From: Candidatus Obscuribacteraceae bacterium
Lineage (GTDB): Bacteria > Cyanobacteriota > Vampirovibrionia > Obscuribacterales > Obscuribacteraceae
Length of the DNA: 64,000 nt
Direction of reading: 5' to 3'
Assembly (NCBI GenBank): GCA_044226015.1
Contig: JBGAHS010000003.1
Coordinates: forward strand, 288,001 to 352,000
The position numbers and the translations under genes are program-made. Shown piece by piece: positions 20,705-30,423 of this stretch. The stretch's first letter is position 1; each line of letters starts with the position of its first letter. The notes under the pieces were generated by a model that saw nothing but the letters and a program-made list of their open reading frames with translations, was not told the DNA's origin and did no database searches.

Positions 20705-21686
20705 AGCAACCATTACAAACACAGCCGGCGTGTGTAGCATCACTGCGTTGTGGCTTTTCGTTGCTAATAACGCAATCACTTACAAACGAATTCTCACAGG
20801 CGTTGCAGCAAAAGGGTTCATGATAGTTTGTTTTCTTTGCCTCTCCGCAGCAATAGTGACGAGAGGAATTGAAGCCGCACGCTTTCCGATTGCCAATCTA
20901 TATGAAAGCTTGCTCCTTTTTTGCTGGGGGCTACTTGCCGCTTTTTTCCTTTTTTCCAGAAAAGTCAAACTCCCGCAATTAGGCTGGATAACCGCATTAG
21001 CTGTTAGCACGACATTTCTCTACGCAAGCTGGCTTCCTGCAACACAGCACGATATTCAGCCATTGATGCCTGCACTTTTGAGCTACTGGCGAGCGATCCA
21101 CGTGCCACCACTCATAGTGTCTTACGCTTTCCTTCTATTGGGCGGACTTCTGGCACTTTTGCAACTCTGGACGTCCGGCAAAAAGCGTAGCTGCCTGGGT
21201 GGACTGATAGCTTTAGCCGTGTCTCTATCTTGCGTTGGCATGGGCAGCATTGCAAGCATTTCAGCAGACACAGTCAGACTAATATTCTGGTCAGGAACAA
21301 CTCTGTCATGCGCCTTCATGCTGTTTCAATCTTTTCGCGAAGGAAAGGAAACCGATTCGACAAGTGAGCTTGCTGACACACTGGATGAGCTATCACAAAG
21401 GTGTATAGGTGTCGCATTTCCTTTGCTAACCTTTGGTATCATCACCGGTGCCCTCTGGGCAAACCATGCCTGGGGAACCTATTGGTCGTGGGACCCGAAA
21501 GAATCAATGTCACTTGCAACCTGGCTCAGTTATGCGGCTTATCTTCACTTGCGCGCCCGAGGGAATTGTTCAACTTGTGCCATTTCTACCTGCGCTGTGT
21601 TGGGTTTGCTGATAACCATTTTGACCTATCTTGGCTTTAACTTTCTGGGATTCGGCGGGCTGCACTCCTACGGAAAGCTTAGCTAA
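20694..21686 (+). CDS. ccsA: Cytochrome c biogenesis protein CcsA/ResC (system II)
   Basis: PIANLYES, PALxSYWxxIHV, WWD-domain motif WGTYWSWDPKE, GLHSYG. Confidence 0.92.
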   Translation: MTLEATITNTAGVCSITALWLFVANNAITYKRILTGVAAKGFMIVCFLCLSAAIVTRGIEAARFPIANLYESLLLFCWGLLAAFFLFSRKVKLPQLGWITALAVSTTFLYASWLPATQHDIQPLMPALLSYWRAIHVPPLIVSYAFLLLGGLLALLQLWTSGKKRSCLGGLIALAVSLSCVGMGSIASISADTVRLIFWSGTTLSCAFMLFQSFREGKETDSTSELADTLDELSQRCIGVAFPLLTFGIITGALWANHAWGTYWSWDPKESMSLATWLSYAAYLHLRARGNCSTCAISTCAVLGLLITILTYLGFNFLGFGGLHSYGKLS

Positions 21687-21941
21687 CGCGGACGCTGCCA
21701 AACCAAAACTAATCAGAACTCCGCAGCGACTCAAACCGGGGAATGACATAGGCATTCCATAAACGTCAAATTCGCGCCCGTTCGCGCTCCGTTCTTAGCC
21801 GCATGGTTTAATCGGCATTGGTTAAGTTTACGGCTTTTCAACGAAATGCTATGGAAGCTTGGCAACCAAATCACTATCATTTAGTGTTTCCCCAACCCAG
21901 GACCTGCTCGGCATTAAATCACGGCCAAGAGCAAGGACAAA

Positions 21942-23369
21942 ATGAAAGAGTTACAGACCATCTTTGCAGAGCATGAGAAGGCGCATTCGCAGGGAACTCC
22001 AGCGGTGTTAACTACTCTGCTGAGGCTCAATGGCTCAGCTTACCGCAGACCCGGTGCACATATGCTGGTACTGGCTGATGGCAAGCATTTCGGCTCGGTC
22101 ATCGGTGCCTGCCTGGAAAGAGATTTGATTGAAAAATGCAAGCATTACTTGGATTCGGATGGCATCGCCGAAATTACTGAGTATGACACAAGCCATGATG
22201 ACGATGAGATACTCGGTTCTGGCAGCGGTTGTACAGGGCGAGTACAAATTCTCATAGAGAAACTCTCCTCTAATGAATTTGAGAATCCATTATTTTTGAT
22301 GCAATCAGAGATTCAACGACTAAAAACCACTGCAATAGCAAAGACTTCTGGAACTTTTTCAGGCGGAACTTCCACACCAACTCAGAACAAAGACTTACGC
22401 AGTGCCTTACTGACTGTAATCTTGAGACAAAAACAAAACGAGAACAAGGTTGTACAAACGATACGTTTCATCATACATACAGACTCGTCAAATGAAGAAG
22501 TGGGAAATCAGCTAAGCTCGTCTACTTGTGGAATCAAGATTTCAGAACTCACAGCAGCTGCGCTGATTGCCAGCGCCGAGCGCCCATTGAATTTGGCACA
22601 AAAAGCAATCGCCCAAAATCGATTTTGCTCGGGACAGATAATTGTTGGTGAACAAATAATTGATCTATTTGCAGAGCCACTAAACGCACCGAAAAGACTG
22701 TTAATTTTCGGTGCTGGCTACGATGCGGAGGCACTAGTTTTGCAGGCAAGCCATCTTGGTTATACGGTAGAAGTTTACGACCACAGGCAAGCGATGACTG
22801 AGGCAACGCGCTTTCCAACGGCTTCTGCAGTTGTTCACTGCAGATATGATGACAAAAACTTTCCGGCGATTGATCAAAACTCTTACTGTATCCTCATGTC
22901 GCACAATTTGCTTATCGACAAAATGGTGCTCAGCTTGCTTCTAGATAGAAGTCCAGCATATATTGGTGTTCTGGGACCAAAGCGAAGAACAGCCAGAATT
23001 CTGAAACAACTCCTGGAAGAACACACAGAAGCCGGTCACAAGCGAGTCATTGCAATGGGCGAGAGCGCGCCCCAAGAAAGCATAAAGGAATCGCACAACG
23101 CTACCAGAAGCTATGCAGAGCAACAGGAATTCATTAGAGAAAAAATCAATAGACTTCATGCACCGATAGGTCTCGACATAGGCGCTGAAACACCCGAGGA
23201 AATCGCACTTTCGATTCTCGCAGAGATACAAGCTTACTCGCAATCGCGTCAAGCTGGATTTTTATCTGATAGCGATGAGCCCATCCATGAGCCTTACAAT
23301 CAATCGCCAGACAGCGAATTCTCCTCAACTACAGAGTCAGGTGCTGAATGCCAGATATCGCAGTTGTGA
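21942..23369 (+). CDS. xdhC: XdhC/PaoD-family molybdoenzyme maturation factor
   Basis: GSAYRRPGA, GSGCTG, IFGAGYDA, YIGVLGPKRRT, HAPIGLDIGAETPEEIALSI. Confidence 0.9.
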   Translation: MKELQTIFAEHEKAHSQGTPAVLTTLLRLNGSAYRRPGAHMLVLADGKHFGSVIGACLERDLIEKCKHYLDSDGIAEITEYDTSHDDDEILGSGSGCTGRVQILIEKLSSNEFENPLFLMQSEIQRLKTTAIAKTSGTFSGGTSTPTQNKDLRSALLTVILRQKQNENKVVQTIRFIIHTDSSNEEVGNQLSSSTCGIKISELTAAALIASAERPLNLAQKAIAQNRFCSGQIIVGEQIIDLFAEPLNAPKRLLIFGAGYDAEALVLQASHLGYTVEVYDHRQAMTEATRFPTASAVVHCRYDDKNFPAIDQNSYCILMSHNLLIDKMVLSLLLDRSPAYIGVLGPKRRTARILKQLLEEHTEAGHKRVIAMGESAPQESIKESHNATRSYAEQQEFIREKINRLHAPIGLDIGAETPEEIALSILAEIQAYSQSRQAGFLSDSDEPIHEPYNQSPDSEFSSTTESGAECQISQL

Positions 23370-23950
23370 TTTTAGCTGCGGGAAACTCCTCTCGCCTGGG
23401 TTCACCCAAACAACTAAAAATGTTTAACGGCGAAACCTTGCTTTCACGGATCATAAAAGCCGCCAGCGCATCTTCAGCATCGAAAACTCTGCTTGTGCTG
23501 GGAGCAAACTCCCAATTAATTTCAGAAACGGTCGACCTCGGCAACACTATAGTTTTGCAAAATGACTCGTGGCAAAACGGCATGGGCACCTCGATAAGGT
23601 GCGCTGTTGATGCGCTTGAAGCACGTGGCGCTAACGCTGCCATCTTCGTGTCTTGCGACCAACCATTCATCAACGCAACGGTTCTAAACGAACTCATTGA
23701 AAAATTCAAAATTCACAACACTATCGTGGCAAGCTCATACGCCGAACTTGTAGGTATTCCCGCTTTGTTTCCTGCTGAAGAATTTGAATCATTGAAAGCA
23801 CTTGCTCCTGAAGAAGGGGCAAAAAGAATTCTAAGAGACAAAAGCAAACATATTCAAACAATTGCCTTCGAAGCCGGAAAATACGACATAGACACGGAAA
23901 AAGACTGGGATGAGTTCACTCGACTAGCCGAAATTCATGGAAGCGTTTAG
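23348..23950 (+). CDS. mocA: Molybdenum cofactor cytidylyltransferase MocA-like
   Basis: ILAAGNSSRLGSPKQL, GMGTSI, CDQP, DIDT; overlaps xdhC. Confidence 0.85.
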   Translation: MPDIAVVILAAGNSSRLGSPKQLKMFNGETLLSRIIKAASASSASKTLLVLGANSQLISETVDLGNTIVLQNDSWQNGMGTSIRCAVDALEARGANAAIFVSCDQPFINATVLNELIEKFKIHNTIVASSYAELVGIPALFPAEEFESLKALAPEEGAKRILRDKSKHIQTIAFEAGKYDIDTEKDWDEFTRLAEIHGSV

Positions 23951-23991
23951 CGAATCAAGTAGAATCAAAATTCAATTGCCCTGAGGATTCC

Positions 23992-25347
23992 ATGAAGATT
24001 AGCCTGATTTCAACAGCTCTGTCTCTTTGCATTTTGACTTTTACTAGCTGCATTCCCGTTTTTTCAGAAGCAGCAAAAACCGATGAAGGTAAAAGCGCAA
24101 CATCCGCTCAATCTAAAACAGAATTTGAGCCAGATGAACTTGCAGTGGAAAACAACCAGGCGCTGCAGTCATACAAAAACAAAAATTACAACGAAGCAGA
24201 GACAAGTTTGAAAAAAGTGCTCGACGGTTTAGTCCGCGAGAATGCTGAGCTTAGCAAATCTGAAGTGCTGACAAATCTCAGCATCATCCAGAAAGCGGCT
24301 GGAAAACAGAAGGAATCAGACGCATCAATCGCAGAAGCAAAGGCAATCAGAGCAAAGCTACACATGCCACCACTCAACTCAAATTTCGTTGATATTCTGC
24401 CTACAGCAGCCGTAAGAAGCCAAGCCACAGAAAGAGTGAAGGAAGCAGCTGAGATTCTCGACGGAAAAGATTCCATGTTTCCAGCTGGCAGCATAAAAGA
24501 CATGACAGCAGCGGGATGGAATGCAGCAATGGCTGCTGCTGAGAGCCACAGAAAAGCGAATGATCTTACTGGCGAAATGCATGAGCTGAGAAAAGCAATC
24601 ATGATTGCAAATGCATTGAAGCGCCCGAATGCAAAAGCTGTCGCTTCCATGAATATGCTGGCAGACCTTTACCGTCACATGCAACGACCCTACTCAGCAA
24701 GAATGTTATTTCTAGAATGCGTCGCTGAGCACGAAAAGCTTGGCATGACAGATAGTACTGATTACGCGACACTTCTCGACCATGCGGCACAAACTATGGT
24801 GATGCTGCATGAGGAATCTGAGGCAGAAAAGTTGCTTGAAAAATCGATTGCAATCTACAAGAAACACCTCAGCAATGGCAGTGCAGACGAGGCAATGGCT
24901 TTATGCACTCTAGGTGAGCTTTACGTCAAAACAAAAGACTTAGCAAAAGCAGAAACAAAGCTTTCAGAAGCAGTATCAATGATGAAAAAAACAATGAAGG
25001 AGAACGACCACCGCCTCCTCATTGCAGATGACATGCTTGCAAATCTCTACGTAAAAGAGGGAAAGCTAAAAGAGGCAGAACAACTGCAACGTACTATCCT
25101 TGAGAAAATGGAACGTACATTCAAGAAACCTAGCACGGATTTGATACTCGCTACTACAAATCTCGCCCACACTCTTTCGAAAGAAGAGAAATACAAAGAT
25201 GCGGAGCCTCTGTATAAGCGCTCTATGGAACTGACCAGGGAAGTTTTTGGACCCAGCAGCGTGCGAACCAAAGCAGCCACAAAGGCTTACGCTAACGTTC
25301 TTAACAAGCTCGGAAAAACCGACGAGGCAACAAAGCTTCAAAATTAA
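23992..25347 (+). CDS. Exported TPR (kinesin-light-chain-like) protein
   Basis: Signal peptide; repeated ~42-aa helical units (LAxLY...EAExL..RS..I). Confidence 0.8.
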   Translation: MKISLISTALSLCILTFTSCIPVFSEAAKTDEGKSATSAQSKTEFEPDELAVENNQALQSYKNKNYNEAETSLKKVLDGLVRENAELSKSEVLTNLSIIQKAAGKQKESDASIAEAKAIRAKLHMPPLNSNFVDILPTAAVRSQATERVKEAAEILDGKDSMFPAGSIKDMTAAGWNAAMAAAESHRKANDLTGEMHELRKAIMIANALKRPNAKAVASMNMLADLYRHMQRPYSARMLFLECVAEHEKLGMTDSTDYATLLDHAAQTMVMLHEESEAEKLLEKSIAIYKKHLSNGSADEAMALCTLGELYVKTKDLAKAETKLSEAVSMMKKTMKENDHRLLIADDMLANLYVKEGKLKEAEQLQRTILEKMERTFKKPSTDLILATTNLAHTLSKEEKYKDAEPLYKRSMELTREVFGPSSVRTKAATKAYANVLNKLGKTDEATKLQN

Positions 25348-25415
25348 CTAGTGTAAGTTCGATTTGATAATCCAAGCCGCGAGCACCACAGCGATACTGA
25401 AGCACACCAAATGAA

Positions 25416-25439
25416 AACGGGAGCCAGAAAGCTCCCGTT
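25416..25439 (-). terminator. Intrinsic terminator between convergent genes
   Basis: AACGGGAGC-N6-GCTCCCGTT with a T-rich tail on the minus strand, just after the GT2 stop. Confidence 0.7.
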
Positions 25440-25462
25440 CCAAATAACCTGATTCGCGACGT

Positions 25463-26248
25463 TTAGGGCCTAAACAAATCGCACTTGATGATTCCGGCTT
25501 TAGCACCCATGTACTTAGCCAGAGTCTTTAATACGCCAATACCGTATTTGCAGCTGTTCCAGAAACTGATGGAGCTTGCTTCAGCGAAATAGCGTGTTTC
25601 AACACCGATTTCAGCAATCTTGAACCCAAAATATGCTGCCTGACACAGAATCTCAGCATCGAAAACAAATGCAAGAGAATTGCGCAAGAACGGAACTGTT
25701 TCCAGGAATCTGCGGCTGTAAGCGCGATAACCTGTGTGGAATTCGGAAAGATTTGTTCCAAGCACAACATTTTGAGTCGTCGTGAGGAAGCGATTAGCAA
25801 CAAATTTGTACATCGGCATACCGCCCTTGAGAGCGCCGCCGCCGAGAAAACGTGAACCCAAAACGATGTCAGCTTCGCCACGAAGAATTGGAGCCACCAT
25901 ATCTGGTATCTTCAATGGGTCGTACTGATAGTCTGGGTGCAACATGATGACCACATCGGCTCCGTCTCTCAGAGCTTCTGCATAGCCGGTCTTCTGGTTG
26001 CCGCCGTACCCAACATTGTGTGGGTGGCGAATTACTTTAATAGGAAGAGAGCTAGCGACCTCGACAGTGTCATCTTTACTGCAGTCATCAACAAGGATGA
26101 TTTCGTTGACGAGATCCTTATCAATTTCCTTCCAGGTCTTAATCAAGGTCTTAGCCGCGTTGTACGCTGGCATGTGAACGATGACTTTGACTGACTTCTT
26201 GGTGTCTTTGGTGGCGCTTTCGCGCTGTGTTGTCGCTTGAGGGCTCAT
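25463..26248 (-). CDS. GT2 glycosyltransferase (DPM1-like)
   Basis: MPAYNA, VDDCSKD, NVGYGGNQK, HPDYQY, GSRF, TGYRAY. Confidence 0.9.
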   Translation of the reverse strand: MSPQATTQRESATKDTKKSVKVIVHMPAYNAAKTLIKTWKEIDKDLVNEIILVDDCSKDDTVEVASSLPIKVIRHPHNVGYGGNQKTGYAEALRDGADVVIMLHPDYQYDPLKIPDMVAPILRGEADIVLGSRFLGGGALKGGMPMYKFVANRFLTTTQNVVLGTNLSEFHTGYRAYSRRFLETVPFLRNSLAFVFDAEILCQAAYFGFKIAEIGVETRYFAEASSISFWNSCKYGIGVLKTLAKYMGAKAGIIKCDLFRP

Positions 26249-26539
26249 TTAGTAACTCCAATACTTTCAACAAGCTCAATGCAGTAATGACAATGAGTCT
26301 AGAGTAGCTAAGAGATCTTAACCAGAGATATCTTCAGTTGCTAGGAACTTATGCTAATCCGCTAGCACAATTAATGACAACCTGGAGCGATTTTTGCCAG
26401 CTCGAAAACCGCCAAATGATATATCCACCGGGCTTTTAAGCTAGTAAGCCGGTAATTACCAAGAAGATAATATTGCGCTAAGAGTTTCGCCACTAGCTAA
26501 ATGCAAGCTAATCTTTTTCAGCTCGTATAGTATGACGAT

Positions 26540-27499
26540 ATGACAAAGAAAAACTACTTACTGATTGGGGTTCTTTTAGTAGGTTTGTTTTTGGCCGACT
26601 TTATCAGCTACCCGTTTTTGCAAAGTGAATCCTATTTATCTCAAAACAAGGGTGAAAATGGCATCTGGCTTCGTTATCTCTGGTACTTCGGCAAACATTC
26701 AGAGGAAGACGAGCAGAAACTCTTTGCCCGGCTTTCCACAGGGCAATTTAGGTATGCCTACTTCCATGTTCGGTCTATTCAGAAAGACGGTTCGCTGCAG
26801 TTTCATCACAAGGAAACAGCACGCCCTTTGCTCGAACGTTTACATCGCCTTGTGCCAAACTGTAAGAATATCGCATGGGTCTACGTTGGCACCGCCACCG
26901 AATATGGTGGCGTAGACTTATCTCAAGCAAAGGTACGCAAAAAGATGGTCGAGGAAGCAGACTGGTTAGTCCAGGAATGCGGATTCGACGGAGTTCAGTG
27001 GGACTATGAATTTGCCAATAATCAGAACCCTTATCTCTTGACCTTGCTTGAGGAAACACGGTCCCAATTTAGCGAGAAACAGATTATTTCGGCAGCAACA
27101 CCGATGTGGTACCCAGGCACACTCTGGGGATGGGATGATGACTACTTCAAGAAAATCTGCCAACGTTGTGATCAAATTGCTGTAATGTGCTATGACTCAT
27201 TCTTTTATTACCCACGAGCATACAGCTGGCTTTTAGGCGAACAGTGCCAACATCTTCTAAGTGACGCAGCGCTTGCAAATGATTCCTGTAAGGTTGTCTT
27301 AGGCGTCCCTAGCTATGAGAAAGGAACTCTGGGACACCTAACCTTCACAGAGAATCTGCGAGTTGCGTTGCCCGCGATCAGCAAATCGGTAGCAATCTCG
27401 AAGCACAAAGACTCATTCGCCGGAGTCGCAATTTTTGCTGAGTACACAACAGACAAAGATGATTGGGACGATTACTTCAAGCTATGGATGAGACAGTAA
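26540..27499 (+). CDS. GH18-like TIM-barrel glycoside hydrolase, exported or membrane-anchored
   Basis: GFDGVQWDYE (DxxDxDxE variant), AVMCYD, VLGVPSY; N-terminal hydrophobic segment. Confidence 0.7.
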   Translation: MTKKNYLLIGVLLVGLFLADFISYPFLQSESYLSQNKGENGIWLRYLWYFGKHSEEDEQKLFARLSTGQFRYAYFHVRSIQKDGSLQFHHKETARPLLERLHRLVPNCKNIAWVYVGTATEYGGVDLSQAKVRKKMVEEADWLVQECGFDGVQWDYEFANNQNPYLLTLLEETRSQFSEKQIISAATPMWYPGTLWGWDDDYFKKICQRCDQIAVMCYDSFFYYPRAYSWLLGEQCQHLLSDAALANDSCKVVLGVPSYEKGTLGHLTFTENLRVALPAISKSVAISKHKDSFAGVAIFAEYTTDKDDWDDYFKLWMRQ

Positions 27500-27511
27500 C
27501 GCGAATTCAGA

Positions 27512-29011
27512 TCATTGCTGCAGCATTCCAGCTTCGGTGAGGCGATCGACCCATTCTGCCAATGCGCTGGCACTTTCAATGTCTAAGGCAGACCAGGGCA
27601 TTGATTGCCCCTCTTTCATTTCCTTCCACTGTTCAAATGAACTGCGTGGATACAATCGCGGACCAAACGGCGTATCTTCCGCCGGCTTAAATGGATCTCC
27701 CGCCCAGGTCACTTCTCTGATTGTTTCTATGCGAAACCATAACAGCCAGGATTTCGGCCGATTACCGATTTTCGCAGCAAGCAAGCCACTTGCATAGTGA
27801 CGAACGTCGGAAGTGAACCGGGAAGGGAAATCATCGTAAGCTACTGTTTCATTGCTACCTTTCTGAAGCCAACCTACAATACGGTCTAACGCATCGTTAT
27901 CGGGAACAGCACCAAACTTAGACATTTCTCCGTTCAAAATCGCAACCGTGCCATTGCAGTGAATTAAATCCTTCATGCTAAAGCGTCCCTGCACGAGAGT
28001 TCTCAGCAAGGGCTTTTTCGTCAATCTATCAACTATTTTTGAAACAATTTCAAAAGCCTGTACTTTGCGCTCAGATTGCTCAATTTTCGCCAACCCCGTA
28101 AGCCGCGTCGAACAGACATCTGCAATGGATTCGTAAATAGCAGCATCAAAAAAGGTTAGTCGCAAAGGTCTTCGATTGTGACACGCAAGCAGCCCCCAAA
28201 ATTTTCCATTTTCAAACAATGAAATGGACATGGAAGCACCAACCTCCATATTCCGCAAGTACTGCAAATGCACTTCAGAAACGCTTCGAACAAAGGAAAA
28301 ACTCATATCTAAGGGCTCTGAGGCATCGAAATCAAGCAGCTTTGCCTGAACTGAATCTACATCTGCGATGACACGAACTCTGTTTCGTTGATATAACTCT
28401 CTAGCCTGTTTAGGAATATCAGTGTGAGGGAAATGCAAACCCAAATAAGAAGGCATCTCGGGCACCTTAGCTTCGGCAATAACCTCCCCATTCCAATCTT
28501 TATCGAACTGATAAACCTTAACGCGATCTATTCCAGAAAGTTCTTGAATAAAGGAAGCCAACATTTCTGCAAGCTCGCCAATCGAGCCAAGCTTGCTAGC
28601 TCGGTTAACAAAATCACGCAAGACAGCCACCGCATCTGGTAGCACGCGGGTGTCATCGACCGGAATAATATCCAAGAAATATTCAGACCGTTGTTTGTGC
28701 AAGTGCACATCGACGGGAATACCAGATTTAAGCCTTACCCTGACAGGTTCCCACCCATTTGTTTTCTCTCGAAAAACCTCGGGAATATCACCCGAAAAGA
28801 AAAGGGTATCTGCCGTTTTGCCAGCTATTTTTTCTGGCTCAAAACCAAGCAAAGTTTTGATGTTATCGCTGCAACGATTTACAACACCATTTTTATTGAA
28901 ACATATTAGTGCACCAAAGTTCTGCACAGATCCGGGAATCTGTATTGGCTCCCGTTCGCAATTGCTCAGGTCAACCAGTTCGTCATTACCTTTGGTACCT
29001 TTTGCAGCCAA
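27512..29011 (-). CDS. Bacteriophytochrome photosensory core (PAS-GAF-PHY) without output domain
   Basis: N-terminal bilin Cys in CEREPI; DRVKVYQF; HTDIPKQAR; VHLQYL; WAGDP; PRSSF; stops right after the PHY domain. TTG start. Confidence 0.9.
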   Translation of the reverse strand: MAAKGTKGNDELVDLSNCEREPIQIPGSVQNFGALICFNKNGVVNRCSDNIKTLLGFEPEKIAGKTADTLFFSGDIPEVFREKTNGWEPVRVRLKSGIPVDVHLHKQRSEYFLDIIPVDDTRVLPDAVAVLRDFVNRASKLGSIGELAEMLASFIQELSGIDRVKVYQFDKDWNGEVIAEAKVPEMPSYLGLHFPHTDIPKQARELYQRNRVRVIADVDSVQAKLLDFDASEPLDMSFSFVRSVSEVHLQYLRNMEVGASMSISLFENGKFWGLLACHNRRPLRLTFFDAAIYESIADVCSTRLTGLAKIEQSERKVQAFEIVSKIVDRLTKKPLLRTLVQGRFSMKDLIHCNGTVAILNGEMSKFGAVPDNDALDRIVGWLQKGSNETVAYDDFPSRFTSDVRHYASGLLAAKIGNRPKSWLLWFRIETIREVTWAGDPFKPAEDTPFGPRLYPRSSFEQWKEMKEGQSMPWSALDIESASALAEWVDRLTEAGMLQQ

Positions 29012-29364
29012 ATTTCGTCTCCCAGCACAGCAATAGATATTTTGCCATCACTTAGAGAGCTTAAAAGGTTCGTACAATATTGACTGCAGCGAGCCTTCCC
29101 AAACCGCCAGCATCGAAGCGCCATTAGTGGTATAAACTTTTGTTGCTTTGTGTACGATCTGCCACAGGGCAAAAATCAGTGCCACTCAAAGATCAGTGCC
29201 ATCAAATGGCATCAAGAAAAAAGACTAGAACGCCATGAATGCCAATTGAATTGAGCGCGCAGCAAATAGGCAACCGCAAAAAATAAAATGCGCTGCTCAC
29301 AGAAGACACTAAATTAGCGCCTCCGCAAATTTATTCAATTAGACAAACATGGCGCGAAGTCAGA

Positions 29365-29451
29365 TCAAATGCAATAGCAAACGTAAACAAAACCGGCAGC
29401 TGTAGCTGCTGCAACGCCTACGTAATACAAACCTTCTACTAATAAGATCAT
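29365..29451 (-). CDS. Putative 28-aa single-TM peptide
   Basis: GGAGGTG SD 7 nt before ATG; MILLVEGLYYVGVAAATAAGFVYVCYCI*. Confidence 0.5.
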   Translation of the reverse strand: MILLVEGLYYVGVAAATAAGFVYVCYCI

Positions 29452-29594
29452 TTCTCAGCACCTCCATGCGCTAAGAATAAAGTGCAGTGGTAAACGTTCG
29501 GTTAAGGAAATCGATTTCGCTAAGTTTTTTCAGTCTCCTTTATAATGAGACTGATTCTTCTAACTAACAAAACCCGCCCCCAAGTGCTCAGTAA

Positions 29595-30407
29595 ATGAAT
29601 AGACCCACAAAAGCTGCTCTAATTCTCATTGCAATATGTTTCGCGATGCCAATAGCGCAAGCTAAAAAGAACGCCTTTGCCGGTAGCTGGCTTTCAAAGC
29701 AGTACACGAACGGCAAAGAGTTTCAACTCAAAATTCAACAGAACGACGACGAGTTGCTTGGATGGGAAGGCATCATTCCTCAAAACCTGGATAATGTTCC
29801 TCCCGATTTCACTGGAACAATAAAAGGCAAAGAAGCCGACATCGAAGTACAACACCGCAGAGGCTACAAAGCTCACGCCCACCTGCGCCTGCAAGGCGAT
29901 AAACTGGTCTGGCAGTTGTTCGATTCTGATAGCAGAAGTAACAGGTATTTTCCCTTAGCTTCGACGCTTTCAAAGCGTGACGAAGACGCAGAATCAGCGA
30001 CAGGTCAAAGCGCAATGCCAACAACTGAAAAAAATCCTGACCAATTTTTGTATGACATTCTTGCGAATTGCGACTCATTTGATAGCGGAACAGTAGGTGA
30101 GGGCGGAGGAATGCCTGCCTCGTTCAGTGCGTTCAAAGCTATTGTTAGCCACGCTCCAACCAGCGATAGTGCGGCGCTGAAAGCACTCTCAAAAAGCACC
30201 AAGCCCGCGGCGCGTGTCTATGCCGCAGCTATTAACTGGGAAATAAATCACGAAGCTGGACTTCAAGCATTCAAAGCTTTGGAAAGTGACAGCACTCCTG
30301 TGGCGTTCAAATCAGGCTGCGAAGTCATGAATGTTACCGTTCAGGAAATCGCTAAAAGCTACCTCGAAAGGGGTTCTTATTTGGACTTTCCCTCGAAGAA
30401 ATACTGA
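29595..30407 (+). CDS. Secreted two-domain hypothetical protein
   Basis: Signal peptide (AQA|KK); beta-rich N-domain and helical C-domain with GTVGEGG and SGC. Confidence 0.65.
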   Translation: MNRPTKAALILIAICFAMPIAQAKKNAFAGSWLSKQYTNGKEFQLKIQQNDDELLGWEGIIPQNLDNVPPDFTGTIKGKEADIEVQHRRGYKAHAHLRLQGDKLVWQLFDSDSRSNRYFPLASTLSKRDEDAESATGQSAMPTTEKNPDQFLYDILANCDSFDSGTVGEGGGMPASFSAFKAIVSHAPTSDSAALKALSKSTKPAARVYAAAINWEINHEAGLQAFKALESDSTPVAFKSGCEVMNVTVQEIAKSYLERGSYLDFPSKKY

Positions 30408-30423
30408 TCAGGTCAGGGCAAAC

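Noticed and set aside
18971..21686. Photosynthesis gene cluster (petJ/ccs)
   Set aside because: No photosystem genes are nearby; the context points to maturation of the octaheme cytochrome.
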